This document shows, piece after piece, positions 52,869 through 64,000 of a stretch of DNA of 64,000 nucleotides. The notes under the pieces are model-generated. The model saw only the letters and a list, made by a program, of their open reading frames with translations. It did no database searches and was not told the DNA's origin. The position numbers and the translations under genes were made by a program. The DNA lies in assembly GCF_001194135.2 (NCBI RefSeq), contig NC_068982.1:19713842-19777841 (forward strand). Reading direction: 5' to 3'. The stretch comes from Octopus bimaculoides. Its lineage: Eukaryota. Each line of letters opens with the position of its first letter. The first letter of the stretch is position 1.

Positions 52869-53994
52869 CAAAGAGATGCTTACCGAGAAAAACATCAGCG
52901 AGCAATTAGATTATATAATGCTTCTTACCTATTTGAGATTTGGCGGAAGTCAGAGCGTTTAAACCCGACATGCAATAATGCATCTATTCATTCTCACCTC
53001 GTTCTGAAAGATTCGAACGTGTTCCTTCTCTCGTCAGTTTCATCGCTGCGATTGGTAACTTTGGCTAAGGAAGCAGTCAAAACAGACTGAACCGAACGTT
53101 AATTTCTTAAAACGTCTAATGCGAGAACGCTCGTGCATAACTAAATTTATAAATATAAATACACATACATTGTGCACACGCACACACTCACACATACAGA
53201 TATATATACTCACAAAAATATACACGCTTATATATGTAAATATATATGTACATATATGCACAGCGGAGTTTAGGATCAATCTGTGCTTAACGGCTTTACT
53301 CTGCGTGGTTTAGCTTTGTCATTATGGCAACAGTCCGGATATTTATTGATCATACCACATATGTGTGTTTCTATATATCTGTTGTAATGTAATTTGTTAC
53401 GTACAATTAATAACGTAACCAGACAACAGTAAAAACAACGTAACGAACTAACAAATAATGGTACTGTGAATATATATATATATATATANNNNNNNNNNNN
53501 NNNNNNNNNNNNNNNNNNNNNNNNNNNNNNNNNNNNNNNNNNNNNNNNNNNNNNNNNNNNNNNNNNNNNNNNNNNNNNNNNNNNNNNNNNNNNNNNNNNN
53601 NNNNNNNNNNNNNNNNNNNNNNNNNNNNNNNNNNNNNNNNNNNNNNNNNNNNNNNNNNNNNNNNNNNNNNNNNNNNNNNNNNNNNNNNNNNNNNNNNATA
53701 TACCAGCATTATACATTTTCTTCATGCGTGATATGAGCACAAGTGTGGGACTTCACTGATTTTTGACGCTAAACTTGCTCCATAAAGTTGTAAATCCATA
53801 TGTTCATCCATTGATGCTTTCCTGAGAATTACGTGATGACATGACTATGTGCTCTGCATATATATATATATATATATATATATGCATATGTATAATTTCA
53901 TGGAAGTATATGTCTTTTATGCATACTGTCGAGAAAATGCATAATGTATTTATAATCGATATCCAAACGTATCTACTTTGGATGATGGTGAATT

Positions 53995-54830
53995 GGACGG
54001 CATGTCGTGACTGAAATTTTGAAGTATGAAAAGTTGCTTTCTTGCATATTTAAGAAGTTCACTGTTGCTGCTATGATATTTTATGGCCTTAGCTATGCTG
54101 CTCCAGCTTATAAGGGGTCGTTGAATTTCTCCTCTAAAAGTGTCCGTACCATATTAGAGAAAGATGTGCTTCTTTTGCTTTTGTCTCTGAACGAAGCTAA
54201 ATGCTGCGTATATCTTTCTATCAAAGTGTTTCCCATCATGTTGTAGTTCCATTCAAATGCGCAATGTTGGCCTTATAAACTAATAATTTTTTCTGCATGC
54301 CTCTATTGCTCACCGGACAGTTGTCTGGAGATCTAAAATTACAGGAACTTGAATGGTGGGGTCTAATGTTTCTATTGTTTCTGATTTTAAATGATCGACG
54401 CTATGTTGGGAAGGCAGCTATAGCTAACTTTGATTATATTGCTATTGAAGATCTACTGGTATGTATGTGAGTGAGAGAAGTAGTCATCGATAAGTTCCAG
54501 GAATTTTCTAGCAATGATCATGGCCACATTCATGCTCTATAGAGGACTGTGCCATCATATTTTTTTTTTGTCTAAGCATGTTGGCGTATCTACATTTCAT
54601 TCAATATTAGTTATGCTACTCTGAAAATTGGATCTTTCTAATGCGGCGCTGTAGTATGAGAGTGCCTTTCTGAAAGTTGCATTAATAGCGGATAGGTTGG
54701 AAACACACCTAGTAATGTTTTTACCTAATTCTTTGATTATTAGTGATAGGCCGCTATAACTTTCTTTTGACTTATAGTGGGGCTTGCGTTTGCTTGTCCT
54801 CAGATTCATAGTACTTAAGGTTAGTGTTAA
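53995..54830 (-). mobile_element. Penelope-like element remnant (RT thumb, Cys motif, GIY-YIG C-terminus)
   Basis: ORF 54597-54809 RKPHYKSK...IIKELGKNITRCVSNLS...FRKALSYYSAALERSNF; CNFRSPDNCP...VYKA (~54260-54350); SKFQSRH at ~54000 (SKCRH-like end). Confidence 0.8.
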
Positions 54831-54972
54831 TCGTAGTTTTTAGATTCATTTGGCTAAATATTTTGCAATCTTTTCTTTATCATATCCATATTGCGTCCAT
54901 TTCTGTTCTGTACTATTCCAAAACCGTCGTCCCTATATAGATCCAGGTCGGCTTCTTTTATCACTTTTTATG

Positions 54973-55012
<40 letters not shown>

Positions 55013-55501
55013 NNNNNNNNNNNNNNNNNNNNNNNNNNNNNNNNNNNNNNNNNNNNNNNNNNNNNNNNNNNNNNNNNNNNNNNNNNNNNNNNNNNNNNNN
55101 NNNNNNNNNNNNNNNNNNNNNNNNNNNNNNNNNNNNNNNNNNNNNNNNNNNNNNNNNNNNNNNNNNNNNNNNNNNNNNNNNNNNNNNNNNNNNNNNNNNN
55201 NNNNNNNNNNNNNNNNCTTTTAAAGGCATTTATTAACTTAAACGGTTTCGTTTTCCATGTTTACGTATTTCGTGTTGTTTACGTTTTTTGACGTCCTGTA
55301 CCCGTATATGCATGTGTATATGCATATATATTTAAGTCTGTAAATGTATGTATATATGCATATATGTATATATATATATATATATATTGTTGTATTTGGA
55401 GATGGTGATGTCGCCAGTTTAGCCAATAATAAGACACGCATTATATATTTGGTGTTCATTTGCTTCTGCTTAATTTTATTTTTTTACATTAGTCGTATTT
55501 T

Positions 55502-55544
55502 GGCCAGTTCTTTCGTCACACTTCTGTGACCTCATCAGTGGTCC
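55502..55544 (-). ncRNA. Hammerhead ribozyme motif, intact core, damaged cleavage site
   Basis: GGACCA-CTGATGA-G-GTCACA-GAAG-TGTGAC-GAAA-GAAC-TGGCC; lacks 2 nt at the NUH site relative to the other arm. Confidence 0.6.
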
Positions 55545-55772
55545 TTTGCTTTCTTCTTTCTTATTTGTGTGTCTTTCATTACTAACACTCAGCCATTTTG
55601 AGGAATGTTTGATAGTGAAAAATGAAGTTGCCTTATAAATATAGAGTGCGTATATCTCGAAATAGATATATTTGTTTTATATTACTAAGGAAACAACCGC
55701 GGTGCTTATATATTTACAAAATGACTGATCGTTAGTAAGGAAAGTCACACAAATAAAAAAGAAGAAAGCAAA

Positions 55773-55817
55773 GGACCACTGATTAGGTCACAGAAGTGTG
55801 ACGAAAGAACTCTGGCA
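55773..55817 (+). ncRNA. Hammerhead ribozyme motif, intact CUC site, G8>U core change
   Basis: GGACCA-CTGATTA-G-GTCACA-GAAG-TGTGAC-GAAA-G-AA-C-TC-TGG. Confidence 0.6.
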
Positions 55818-56086
55818 GAAATACGATTAATGTAAAAAAATAAAATAAAGCTGAAGGAAATTAACACCAAATATATAGTGCGTGTGTTTTTATTGGCTAA
55901 ACTGGCAACATGACCATTCCCAAATGCAACAATATCTCTTTCAACACATGATTTCGCATCAAGAATCTTGCAAAACGAATATATAAATGTATAAGCTGTA
56001 ATTTTTTGTATAATTATATATTGTTAGTATAACAATACATAAAAACGGGCTAGAGTTGAAGTGCTCAGCATGAGCTAGAATTCACG

Positions 56087-56156
56087 TTATAGTAAGAATG
56101 GATACATAAGGGTGGAAGACCGCAGGAACAATACCGTATATCCAACGCAAGATCTA

Positions 56157-56193
<37 letters not shown>

Positions 56194-56615
56194 CGATTCC
56201 TTCAAGAATCAATAAATAAATTTATAGTTTTCTGTCTCTAAAATGTGTAAAAAGTAAGGTACAATAAAGTAAACAGGCATACACAACGATATAAACTTTA
56301 GAAATATCATGAATGTTTAAAATATTTATTTAAAAATATTTATAAGCATGCATAGTTTCCACGTTGTATAAAAATATGACAATTAAAGATAATACATTAC
56401 GATATATAAACGTACAGTATGATTTAACATATAATGGGTAAATATATACGATATGATACAATTTGATATGAAATTATAAATTTACATGTATTATATTAAA
56501 AACGTGTACATTAAAACGCACACACACACACACACACATATATATTAAATCTTGCGCTGGATATACGGTATTGTTCCTGTGGTCTTCCACCATTATGTAT
56601 CCATTCTTACTATAA
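56087..56615. repeat. ~100-bp inverted repeat (56087-56191 / 56517-56615) with (GT)n/(AC)n inner ends
   Basis: TTATAGTAAGAATGGATACATAA...ACAATACCGTATATCCA..GCAAGAT versus its reverse complement. Confidence 0.9.
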
Positions 56616-56635
56616 TATAAACGTATATATATATA

Positions 56636-56790
56636 CGACAATCACCGTTCAGTATTCGTTTACCAAATCCATTCATAAGGCCTTGGTCAGTCGAAGACTT
56701 CACTTAAAGGCACTTGCCCAAGTTGCAACGTGCTGAGACTGAACCCGGAACCCTGTAATTAGAAAGAAGACTTCTTATCACACAGCAACT
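56636..56790 (-). mobile_element. SINE family A 5' half (degenerate)
   Basis: ACCAAATCCATTCATAAGGCCTTGGTC...CACTTGCCCAAG...GACTGAACCCGGAACC. Confidence 0.7.
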
Positions 56791-57383
56791 GTAATACAAA
56801 TAGATTTTCATTAGGAACAATTTCTGAACATAGCAATCTACGAACGGTTTGAAATCTATAATATTTTATTATACGCTTTGTTGAACGTATTAGAACTGGC
56901 AAACACTGAGCAGTCATGAAGACATGCTTTGTTCGGAATTAATGAATAAACACGAATATATCTTCGCAGTACTTCTATTCGAATATTTTATACATGCAAA
57001 ATTTAGAGCGAGTAAATCAAGAAATGTGGTAGGAATGTGTGTGAAAGAAATTAGCAGACATATAGACAGGGAAAAATAATACCACAGGGAAAACAGAATC
57101 CTGATTGACAGGGTGTGGTTCCATGTAAGCTTCTTTTGCGCATGAACGGATTACTTGATGCAAAATGTGAATTTGCTGAGAAGTTGAAGGTAGGTTACAT
57201 GTACGTTGAACGTTGCAATACATACAAACACATACAAAAACATACGTTAACTTCCATACATATTTATTACACGTACAAGTTAAAATATGCATTTAAAAAC
57301 GCCCATGAATATAATTCAACATACACACACACGTACACACAAACACATACTCAGCCACAGACACACATGCACACACACACATC

Positions 57384-57510
57384 TAAATATATAAGCACCG
57401 CGGTTGTTTCCTTAGTAATATAAAACAAATATATCTATTTCGAGATATACGCACTCTATTTTTATAAGGCAACTTCCTATCGGTTTTCTTTTCACCATCA
57501 AGCATTCCTC
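57384..57510 (-). repeat. Inverted copy of the spacer 55599-55716
   Basis: AAATATATAAGCACCGCGGTTGTTTCCTTAGTAATATAAAACAAATATATCTATTTCGAGATATACGCACTCTAT is an exact reverse complement over ~75 bp. Confidence 0.9.
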
Positions 57511-57794
57511 GACTACCGTTTCAACCATTTTATATCTGTTGATTTTTATCATCATATTTCTCATTGTTTATTTAGTTTTATTGTTCCTATGGCAGTGTAG
57601 TTTGAGAGCAGGACAACATATGACGTATACACCGTCTAATTATTATCTATCTGTATGTCTGTTCTGAGGTAAATGACTCCAGTTTCACCGTTTAACTTTT
57701 TCCGATGCCGATTAAGCTATGCACTAGAAAAGTACTGCAGCTGATTTAATCGACTACACCCTTTACTCGAAAGTAGCTATCTCTTGCTGTTTTG

Positions 57795-57911
57795 AGGAGA
57801 GAAGAAGAAGAAGAAGAAGAAGAAGAAGAAGAAGAAGAAGAAGAAGAAGAAGAAGAAGAACAACAACAACAACAACAACAACAACAAGAAGAACAAGAAG
57901 AAGAAGAAGAT

Positions 57912-57942
<31 letters not shown>

Positions 57943-57950
57943 AAGAAGAA

Positions 57951-57995
<45 letters not shown>

Positions 57996-58047
57996 GAAGA
58001 AGAAGAAGAAGAAGAAGAAGAAGAAGAAGAAGAAGAAGAAGAAGAAG
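57795..58047. repeat. Compound (GAA)(CAA)(GAG)(GAT) microsatellite
   Basis: Direct inspection. Confidence 0.95.
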
Positions 58048-58666
58048 AATCCTTTCTATTAAAGGCACAAGGCCTGAAACTTGTGGGGAGGGGGCTGGTC
58101 GATTATATCGCCCTCGGGGTATAATTGGTGCTAATTTCACCAAACACAGAAAGGATGAAAAGCAAATTCGACCTCGGCGTAATTTGAACTCAGAACGTAA
58201 ACAGGAACAAAATAGCGCAAAGCATTTTACCAACAATAATAATTATTGTCATGTCTTTATTGCCCACGGGGGGGTGGGGGCTAAACATAGAGGAGACAAA
58301 GACAGTCAAAGGGATTAAAGTCGATTGCATCGACCCCAGTGCGTAAATGGTACTTCTTTAATCGACACCCCGAAAGCATGAAAGGGAAAGTCTACTTCGG
58401 CAGAATTTGAACTCAGAATGTAGCGACGACCGAAATGCGGCTAAGCATTTCGTCCGGCGCGCTAACGATTCTGCGAGTTCGCCGCCATTAAAAAAATTAT
58501 AATGGTAATAACAAGAACAACAAGGATAATAGTAATAATGGTTTCAAATTTTGTCACAAGGGCAGCAATTTTAGGGGAGGGGATGAGACGATTACATCGA
58601 CCCCAGTGTTCCATTGGTACTTACTTTATCGACCCCGAAAGGATGAGAAGCAAAGTCGACCTCAGC

Positions 58667-58670
<4 letters not shown>
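58048..58670 (-). mobile_element. Three stacked SINE family B copies (58048-58230, 58245-58486, 58537-58670)
   Basis: Each carries GTCGATT.CATCG / GGTAC / GAAAGGATGA.AAG / CGACCTC motifs, same orientation, separated by AAT-rich spacers. Confidence 0.85.
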
Positions 58671-58713
<43 letters not shown>

Positions 58714-58716
<3 letters not shown>

Positions 58717-59025
58717 GCCCGGATGCAGTACGAGGCAGTGGCTCTCATGTCTTCTGATCTTAACTAATTGGAAGTGTTATCATGTGCATTGTTTTGGCTT
58801 GGTATAAAAGATGGGCTACAGCAAATATTCTGCTTAATACCACAGATTTGCTAGTCAGTTGTTTGACCTTAACCTGTTCTGCATGTCCCTTGGTGGCTGA
58901 CGATATGTGCACCTCTGATCATGAGCAGGAGTAGTGGGGGAGCATCATAGCCATGTGTTGAGATGAATTCTTTGGGGTTTGAATAATTCACCTTTGGAAA
59001 TATGGGTGTTTTGCTAAACATCCTT
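58714..59025. mobile_element. Unclassified interspersed repeat abutting (AAT)n, probably a LINE terminal region
   Basis: Non-coding in the frames checked, starts at the end of the (AAT)n tract; recognised from recall as a recurrent octopod repeat, not verified. Confidence 0.4.
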
Positions 59026-59560
59026 AAGACGCCAAAACGTACAACGATAGGGCGGAAATATACGGAACAGTAGAGGTGAGATTCGTGACGGAGGATGAAA
59101 TCAAGCAGGTTCCACAACACTGACGAATTATGAAACTGCCTTCATGTCAATCTACATTAACCGTAGGATAATAACAATAAAGATTGGCGATGAGATTCCA
59201 AATGTAAACATCTCATGGTTTGTGGCAGTGTTCCTCTTCGACATATGGAACAGCACTAGTATTCTACTGGTTAAGAGAGTGCAAAAATAAAATTTATTGA
59301 GCCAGAGATTTGAGAATGGAGCTGTAGATACAAAATAAATGAAGAAAGTATAGAATTTATCCCGAACCGCATCCGTTTGTCTCTCGGCATAAAACATGGC
59401 CGCGGAAGGCGCAAAGCCAAGGTGTCACTTGAGTGGGAACACATACCATCTCAAGGTTATATGTTCACTGCAAAGAATGCAAGAAGACAGAACCGCATTC
59501 ATGTCGACACCATCAACACGACAGCAATAACACCAACAATATTAACAGAAGCAGCAGCAA
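59026..59560 (+). mobile_element. Decayed L1/Tx1-type ORF1 (gag-like, zinc knuckle)
   Basis: IYGTVEVRFVTEDEIK / TAFMSIYINRRIITIKIG..IP.VNISWFVAV (frameshift) / EGAKPRCHLSGNTYHLKVICS (EGRxPxCxxCGxxGHxxxxC-like). Confidence 0.55.
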
Positions 59561-60430
59561 CAGCTGAAGGCTGCATAACGTCTATAATGATTGCAAATGC
59601 AACACTAAAACCAGCAGCCGCTTATTAAGCAGTAACAACAATAAAAAAAATAATTAATAAATAAATAAAATAATACCAACAATGCAAATAGCAGAAACAA
59701 AGCAACAAAGGAATCACTGCTCCCAAAAAACCAGCACATCACCAACAACAACGGAAACTGAAAGCCCACAAATAATAAATCAAGAATATAATGATGCCCC
59801 AAGACATACTCATCCTCGCTTGAAAACAAACAGAAATGCTGTGTGACGCAAACTAGGAAGCAAATGACAATAAATAACGGTCAAGAATACAAGTAAGATA
59901 AAAACAATGACGCCGAGACAGAAAACGGGGATGCGCAAACGGGCGGAAGAAACAACTCCTAACATCAAACCACAATCACCATGTCCAGTAACAATACAAA
60001 TACTATCAACAACATCATCACTATCACTATCGCTGCTTACACAGTCACCACCTACTAACATAGAGACAACTGTTATTACACAAAACATTACATGCGCAAA
60101 CCAAGGACAACCGCCAAGGGAAATTACACCCAAGAATACAGGCAACGTAGGGTTAAAGAAATACATAAATCAGCAGACACACATAACTCAGAATAATTTC
60201 GTAACACATACATATGACTCATTAACACATATACAAATTATCCGTTAAGTGCGATATATACACAGCAAATATCTTGACGAAGTACTGAACTTCAGAGGTG
60301 ATATCCCAACAAGAGCAACAACATCAGCAGTATAAACTACGGTAGCATTAACGGCAGGTGGCCGTAACAACATCAACAATGATAGCAACTGCAACACTAA
60401 AGCCAGCAGTGACGAGAGAAGTAATAACTG
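59540..60430. repeat. Degenerate (AAC)/(AGC)-rich low-complexity tract
   Basis: Recurrent AACAAC/AGCAAC/ATCAAC units. Confidence 0.6.
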
Positions 60431-61318
60431 CAACGAAATATATTTATAAAGACCTGCCTGTGGAAACACACGCAGCCGACCTGTTGGATGGTACACCGGT
60501 CCCTCCATAGGAATAAGATATCACCTTTCTCATCTTCCCGCACTAAAATTTTTGGCCTTGTGACGACGAGATAAATTGCTATACTTACAAATTTAGTGTG
60601 TATGCAAGGCAGTGTATAAAAACACATACACACATACACACACACACGCACCGTCGGATAAAATACCTGGCAGTAATTTTTGTTTTATACAATTAATCTT
60701 GCCGAAATCAATTTCGTGTTTCTTCGATTCGGTTTAAAAAAATAAGATCCAAGAATTTATTGTTGATTTAATCGATTGCCCTCTTTTCTCAAAATCTATA
60801 ACTGTGTTTCCATATCAGAAATTACTTCAGTAGTCTGGTGTCAGGTAACAGAAACGTTAGAGTGTTTTGAAAAATACTTGTGACCTATTTCAACCTTTTT
60901 ATTTTCGTTTTTGACTTTTCAATTTCACCAAGGACAAGTAGTAAACCATTTAACTGCATTCATTAAAATTAAATAGAATTGTTTATATAAATTTCATAGT
61001 TTTGCACAGAAGTAGAGAGCCATTAAGTAGGCAGGTAAATATTTTGAAAATGTTGAAAGTACATTTACAATTTAGTAAAAGCGTTTTTTTTTTCTTTTCG
61101 CATACGCAGATGAGATACTATATTCAGGAAATAAATTTAGTTTCCATTCTGTATTTTCTGTTGTAGATAAAGGAAAGCAGTTATTAGTTCAGCGTAGAGT
61201 ATTTATTTAAATGCCTAACATTTTGCGCTCAACTTCCATCGAGGATATATTTTGCCTCTTTTGCATTCTGAATATAATAAATAAATAAATAAATAGATAA
61301 AGAAGACGTATTTATTTC

Positions 61319-61406
61319 CAAGGTTTTATGTTCACAGCAAAGAATGCAAGAAGACAGAACCACTTATCTGTCGACACCATCAACACGACAGCAATAATAC
61401 CAACAA
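61319..61406 (+). repeat. 88-bp direct repeat of 59452-59539
   Basis: CAAGGTT.TATGTTCAC.GCAAAGAATGCAAGAAGACAGAACC...GTCGACACCATCAACACGACAGCAATAA. Confidence 0.9.
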
Positions 61407-61509
61407 CATAAATACATCCCAACAATGACCATCCTATCCTCTTTTACGGAAAATTAGGACATTATTTAATGTACACGTCTTTTTTGTAAGATAACAGCCT
61501 GTAAATATA

Positions 61510-61897
61510 TTGTTGTTGTTGGCACTCCGTCGCTTACGACGTTGAGGGTTCCAGTTGATCCGATCAACGGAACAGCCTGCTCGTGAAATTAACGTGCAAG
61601 TGGCTGAGCACTCCACAGACACGTGTACCCTTAACGTAGTTCTCGGGAATATTCAGCGTGACACAGTGTGACAAGGCTGACCCTTTGAATTACAGGCACA
61701 ACAGAAACAGGAAGTAAGAGTGAGAGAAAGTTGTGGTGAAAGAGTACAGCAGGGTTCGCCACCATCCCCTGCCGGAGCCTCGTGGAGCCTAAGGTGTTTT
61801 CGCTCAATAAACACTCACAACGCCCGGTCTGGGAATCGAAACGGCGATCCTATGACCACGAGTCCGCTTCCCTAACCACTGGGCCATTGCGCCTCCG
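61510..61897 (-). mobile_element. Full-length tRNA-derived SINE family D
   Basis: Reverse-complement head GGAGGCGCAATGGCCCAGTGGTTAGGG, B-box TTCGATTCC, tail hairpin and (CAA)n; matches 19416-19788. Confidence 0.92.
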
Positions 61898-62099
61898 CTG
61901 TAAAAATATAAGCGAGATGTAACTAATGTGTCTCAGACGGCGATCGACAACATAGATGCTGGCTTGTTGACTTGATCAGTAATAGCTGATGCTGTTGCTG
62001 CCGTAGGTAACACCAGGCCAGTCGTGATTGAGCAGGTGTATCACCATGTGAGTTTCAAATATGTCCACCTCATTCTTTTTAACCCAGTCATAGTGTATT

Positions 62100-62665
62100 C
62101 TCTTTACTCTCTTTTACTCTTTTACTTGTTTCAGTCATTTGACTGCGGCCATGCTGGAGCACCGCCTTTAGTCGAGCAAATCGATCCCAGGACGTATTCT
62201 TTGTAAGCCTAGTACATATTATATCGGTCTATTTTGCCGAACCGCTAGCTTACAGGGACGTAAACACACCAGCATCGGTTGTCAAGCGATGTTGGGGGGA
62301 CAAACACAGACACACAAACATATACACACTCATACATACATATATATAAATATATATGTATNNNNNNNNNNNNNNNNNNNNNNNNNNNNNNNNNNNNNNN
62401 NNNNNNNNNNNNNNNNNNNNNNNNNNNNNNNNNNNNNNNNNNNNNNNNNNNNNNNNNNNNNNNNNNNNNNNNNTTATATATATATATACACATATATATA
62501 TGATGGTCCTCTTTCAGTTTCCGTATACCAAATCCACTCACAAGGCTTAGGTCGGCCCGAGGCTATAGTTGAAAGACACATGCGCAAGGTGCCAGGCGGT
62601 GGAACAGAATCCGGAACCATGTGGTTGGTAAGCAAGCTACTTACCACACAGCCACTCCTACGCCT
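62100..62665 (-). mobile_element. Full-length SINE family A with internal microsatellite/gap
   Basis: Head ...TTACCACACAGCCACTCCTACGCC, tail CTTTTACTCTTTTACTTGTTTCAGTCATTTGACTGCGGCCATGC; gap 62362-62473 inside (TA)n. Confidence 0.92.
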
Positions 62666-63034
62666 ATTCTAGACATATGCTATATAACATTTCCCAGTAG
62701 ACCAAAGTGTAAAGTGAAGGCTGCATAGAATTTTTTTCCTAGTAGACCGAGAAAGCTCGTGCCAGCTACTTTGGGTTCATATCAGAACTAGTTATCTCTG
62801 TGGTCACTTCAATCGATTATGCATTTCTCTAAGTAGTTTGAGACAGTTCGCAATAAAAACAAATTTTATTTTGTGTGTGTGTATGTCTAGCAGATTTTAT
62901 GGAATGTAATTCCTCTGTTACCAATCTTCGCGAGAAAGCATTCTCTATTTATTTAATGTAAATTTCTCATAAGTTTACTGGAAGAAAAATGAAAATACAT
63001 TGTAGAAATCTTTTCAAAATTCATGGGAAAAATC

Positions 63035-63180
63035 ACCATCATGGCCACCGCCGTTATCATTATCATCGCCATCATCTTCGTCGTCATCGTTGTCATCGTG
63101 ATCGTTATCAACATTATTGCAATCATGATTTTCTTCATAATTCTCATTGCCGTTATCATCATCATTATGAACAATAACAA
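63035..63180. repeat. Degenerate (CAT)/(CGT) trinucleotide tract
   Basis: Direct inspection. Confidence 0.8.
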
Positions 63181-64000
63181 TGGATCTAAAACAAACAGCG
63201 TAAAAGATTAGAAGACGTGTGCGATTTAAGAATTTTACTATAGCTATTAGCACTATTGCTAAACGATTTTCCGTTTGTATTCCGCCATATTTATGTATAT
63301 TACGTATATACTATAGAGCCGAATTGTGTAAACAAGGAGCTAATTCGACTTCATCATTGTTTTTATTTTTTGCTGTTTGATGATGCCATTGTCTTTTATT
63401 GCTTCGTTTCTTAAACATACACCGCCACCTTCGTTTTCCATTTTTGTTATGTGAATTGCCAATTACTTCAACATCCAGGCTTTCTAGACATTATGTACAT
63501 TTTACACTTTTAGTTTTCTTTATATTGTTTTCTTTCTCCTGTTCTTATGTTTGTAATGTAACAGATGTAACAAGCATAATCACCTTCCATTATATACGAC
63601 ATATACTGGAGAATGATAAACGTTGTTTGATCAACTAAGGCCAAATTGTTTACAAATTCCCTTAAAACCACTCAGAGTTGAAATGATGGAAAATTAAATA
63701 TTTACGTAAACAAAATGCTGAAACTGAAAGAACCACTTGAAACGTTATAGTTCGAAAGAGATGGGTTTTCTCTCATTCTTTTCAATTGTCTCATAATATT
63801 CAATGTGTTGAACGTGATTCACTTCCAAGTGATTTTGACGGTATTGAAAGCTTACGTGTAGTAAAACTCTAAGATGCCTTAGATTCGGGACCAAACTTGT
63901 TTTATTACTAAATCGTACTCCAGCTTTAGTGCTAAAGCACTGCGATCAGATTTAAGCAAACCTAAATTGTTGTTATTTGACATCTGTCAGAAGATATCAG

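Larger units (their letters stand above)
55386..55933. repeat. ~200-bp inverted repeat (55386-55586 / 55731-55933), 144-bp spacer, one hammerhead motif per arm
   Basis: Arms are reverse complements with scattered mismatches. Confidence 0.9.

Noticed and set aside
52930-53110. Relatively GC-rich non-repetitive stretch
   Set aside because: No convincing ORF, hairpin or motif cluster; cannot be assessed without conservation data
57017-57292. Minus ORF with VLFFPVYM, reminiscent of LINE ORF1
   Set aside because: A single short resemblance; half of the ORF is microsatellite-derived
57763-58236. ORFs with poly-E/Q/D or poly-L/H/P/V runs (also 37510-37968, 45524-45876, 47562-47933, 62953-63253)
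   Set aside because: Translations of trinucleotide microsatellites; open in several frames and strands, no domain content
63864-63900. CTCTAAGATGCC...CCAAAC, resembling a decayed PLE hammerhead
   Set aside because: Both core motifs are mutated and the upstream PLE homology could not be shown convincingly

Overview
AT-rich, microsatellite-dense eukaryotic (metazoan) genomic DNA with 11 assembly gaps. The tRNA-derived SINE families and repeat landscape look like a coleoid cephalopod, most likely Octopus; this is inferred from recalled repeat families, not a database hit. I could not support any host protein-coding gene: most listed ORFs are translations of simple repeats, run through N gaps, or are transposon remnants. 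The window is intergenic or intronic and filled with mobile-element debris: four Penelope-like (PLE; RT + GIY-YIG) remnants, R4/Dong-like and other LINE remnants, an L1/Tx1-type ORF1 relic, two Tc1/mariner-type MITEs, a Helitron nested in inverted orientation inside a sibling Helitron, and many SINEs. The most notable signals are minimal hammerhead-ribozyme (HHR) motifs of the PLE type. One apparently intact HHR sits in the 3' half of a tRNA-headed SINE-like element (24.1-24.4 kb). Two more sit in the arms of a ~200-bp inverted repeat (55.4-55.9 kb), each damaged at a different position. A fourth, decayed one lies just downstream of a PLE ORF remnant (17.4 kb). Together they suggest a PLE-dependent family of ribozyme-carrying non-autonomous retroelements.
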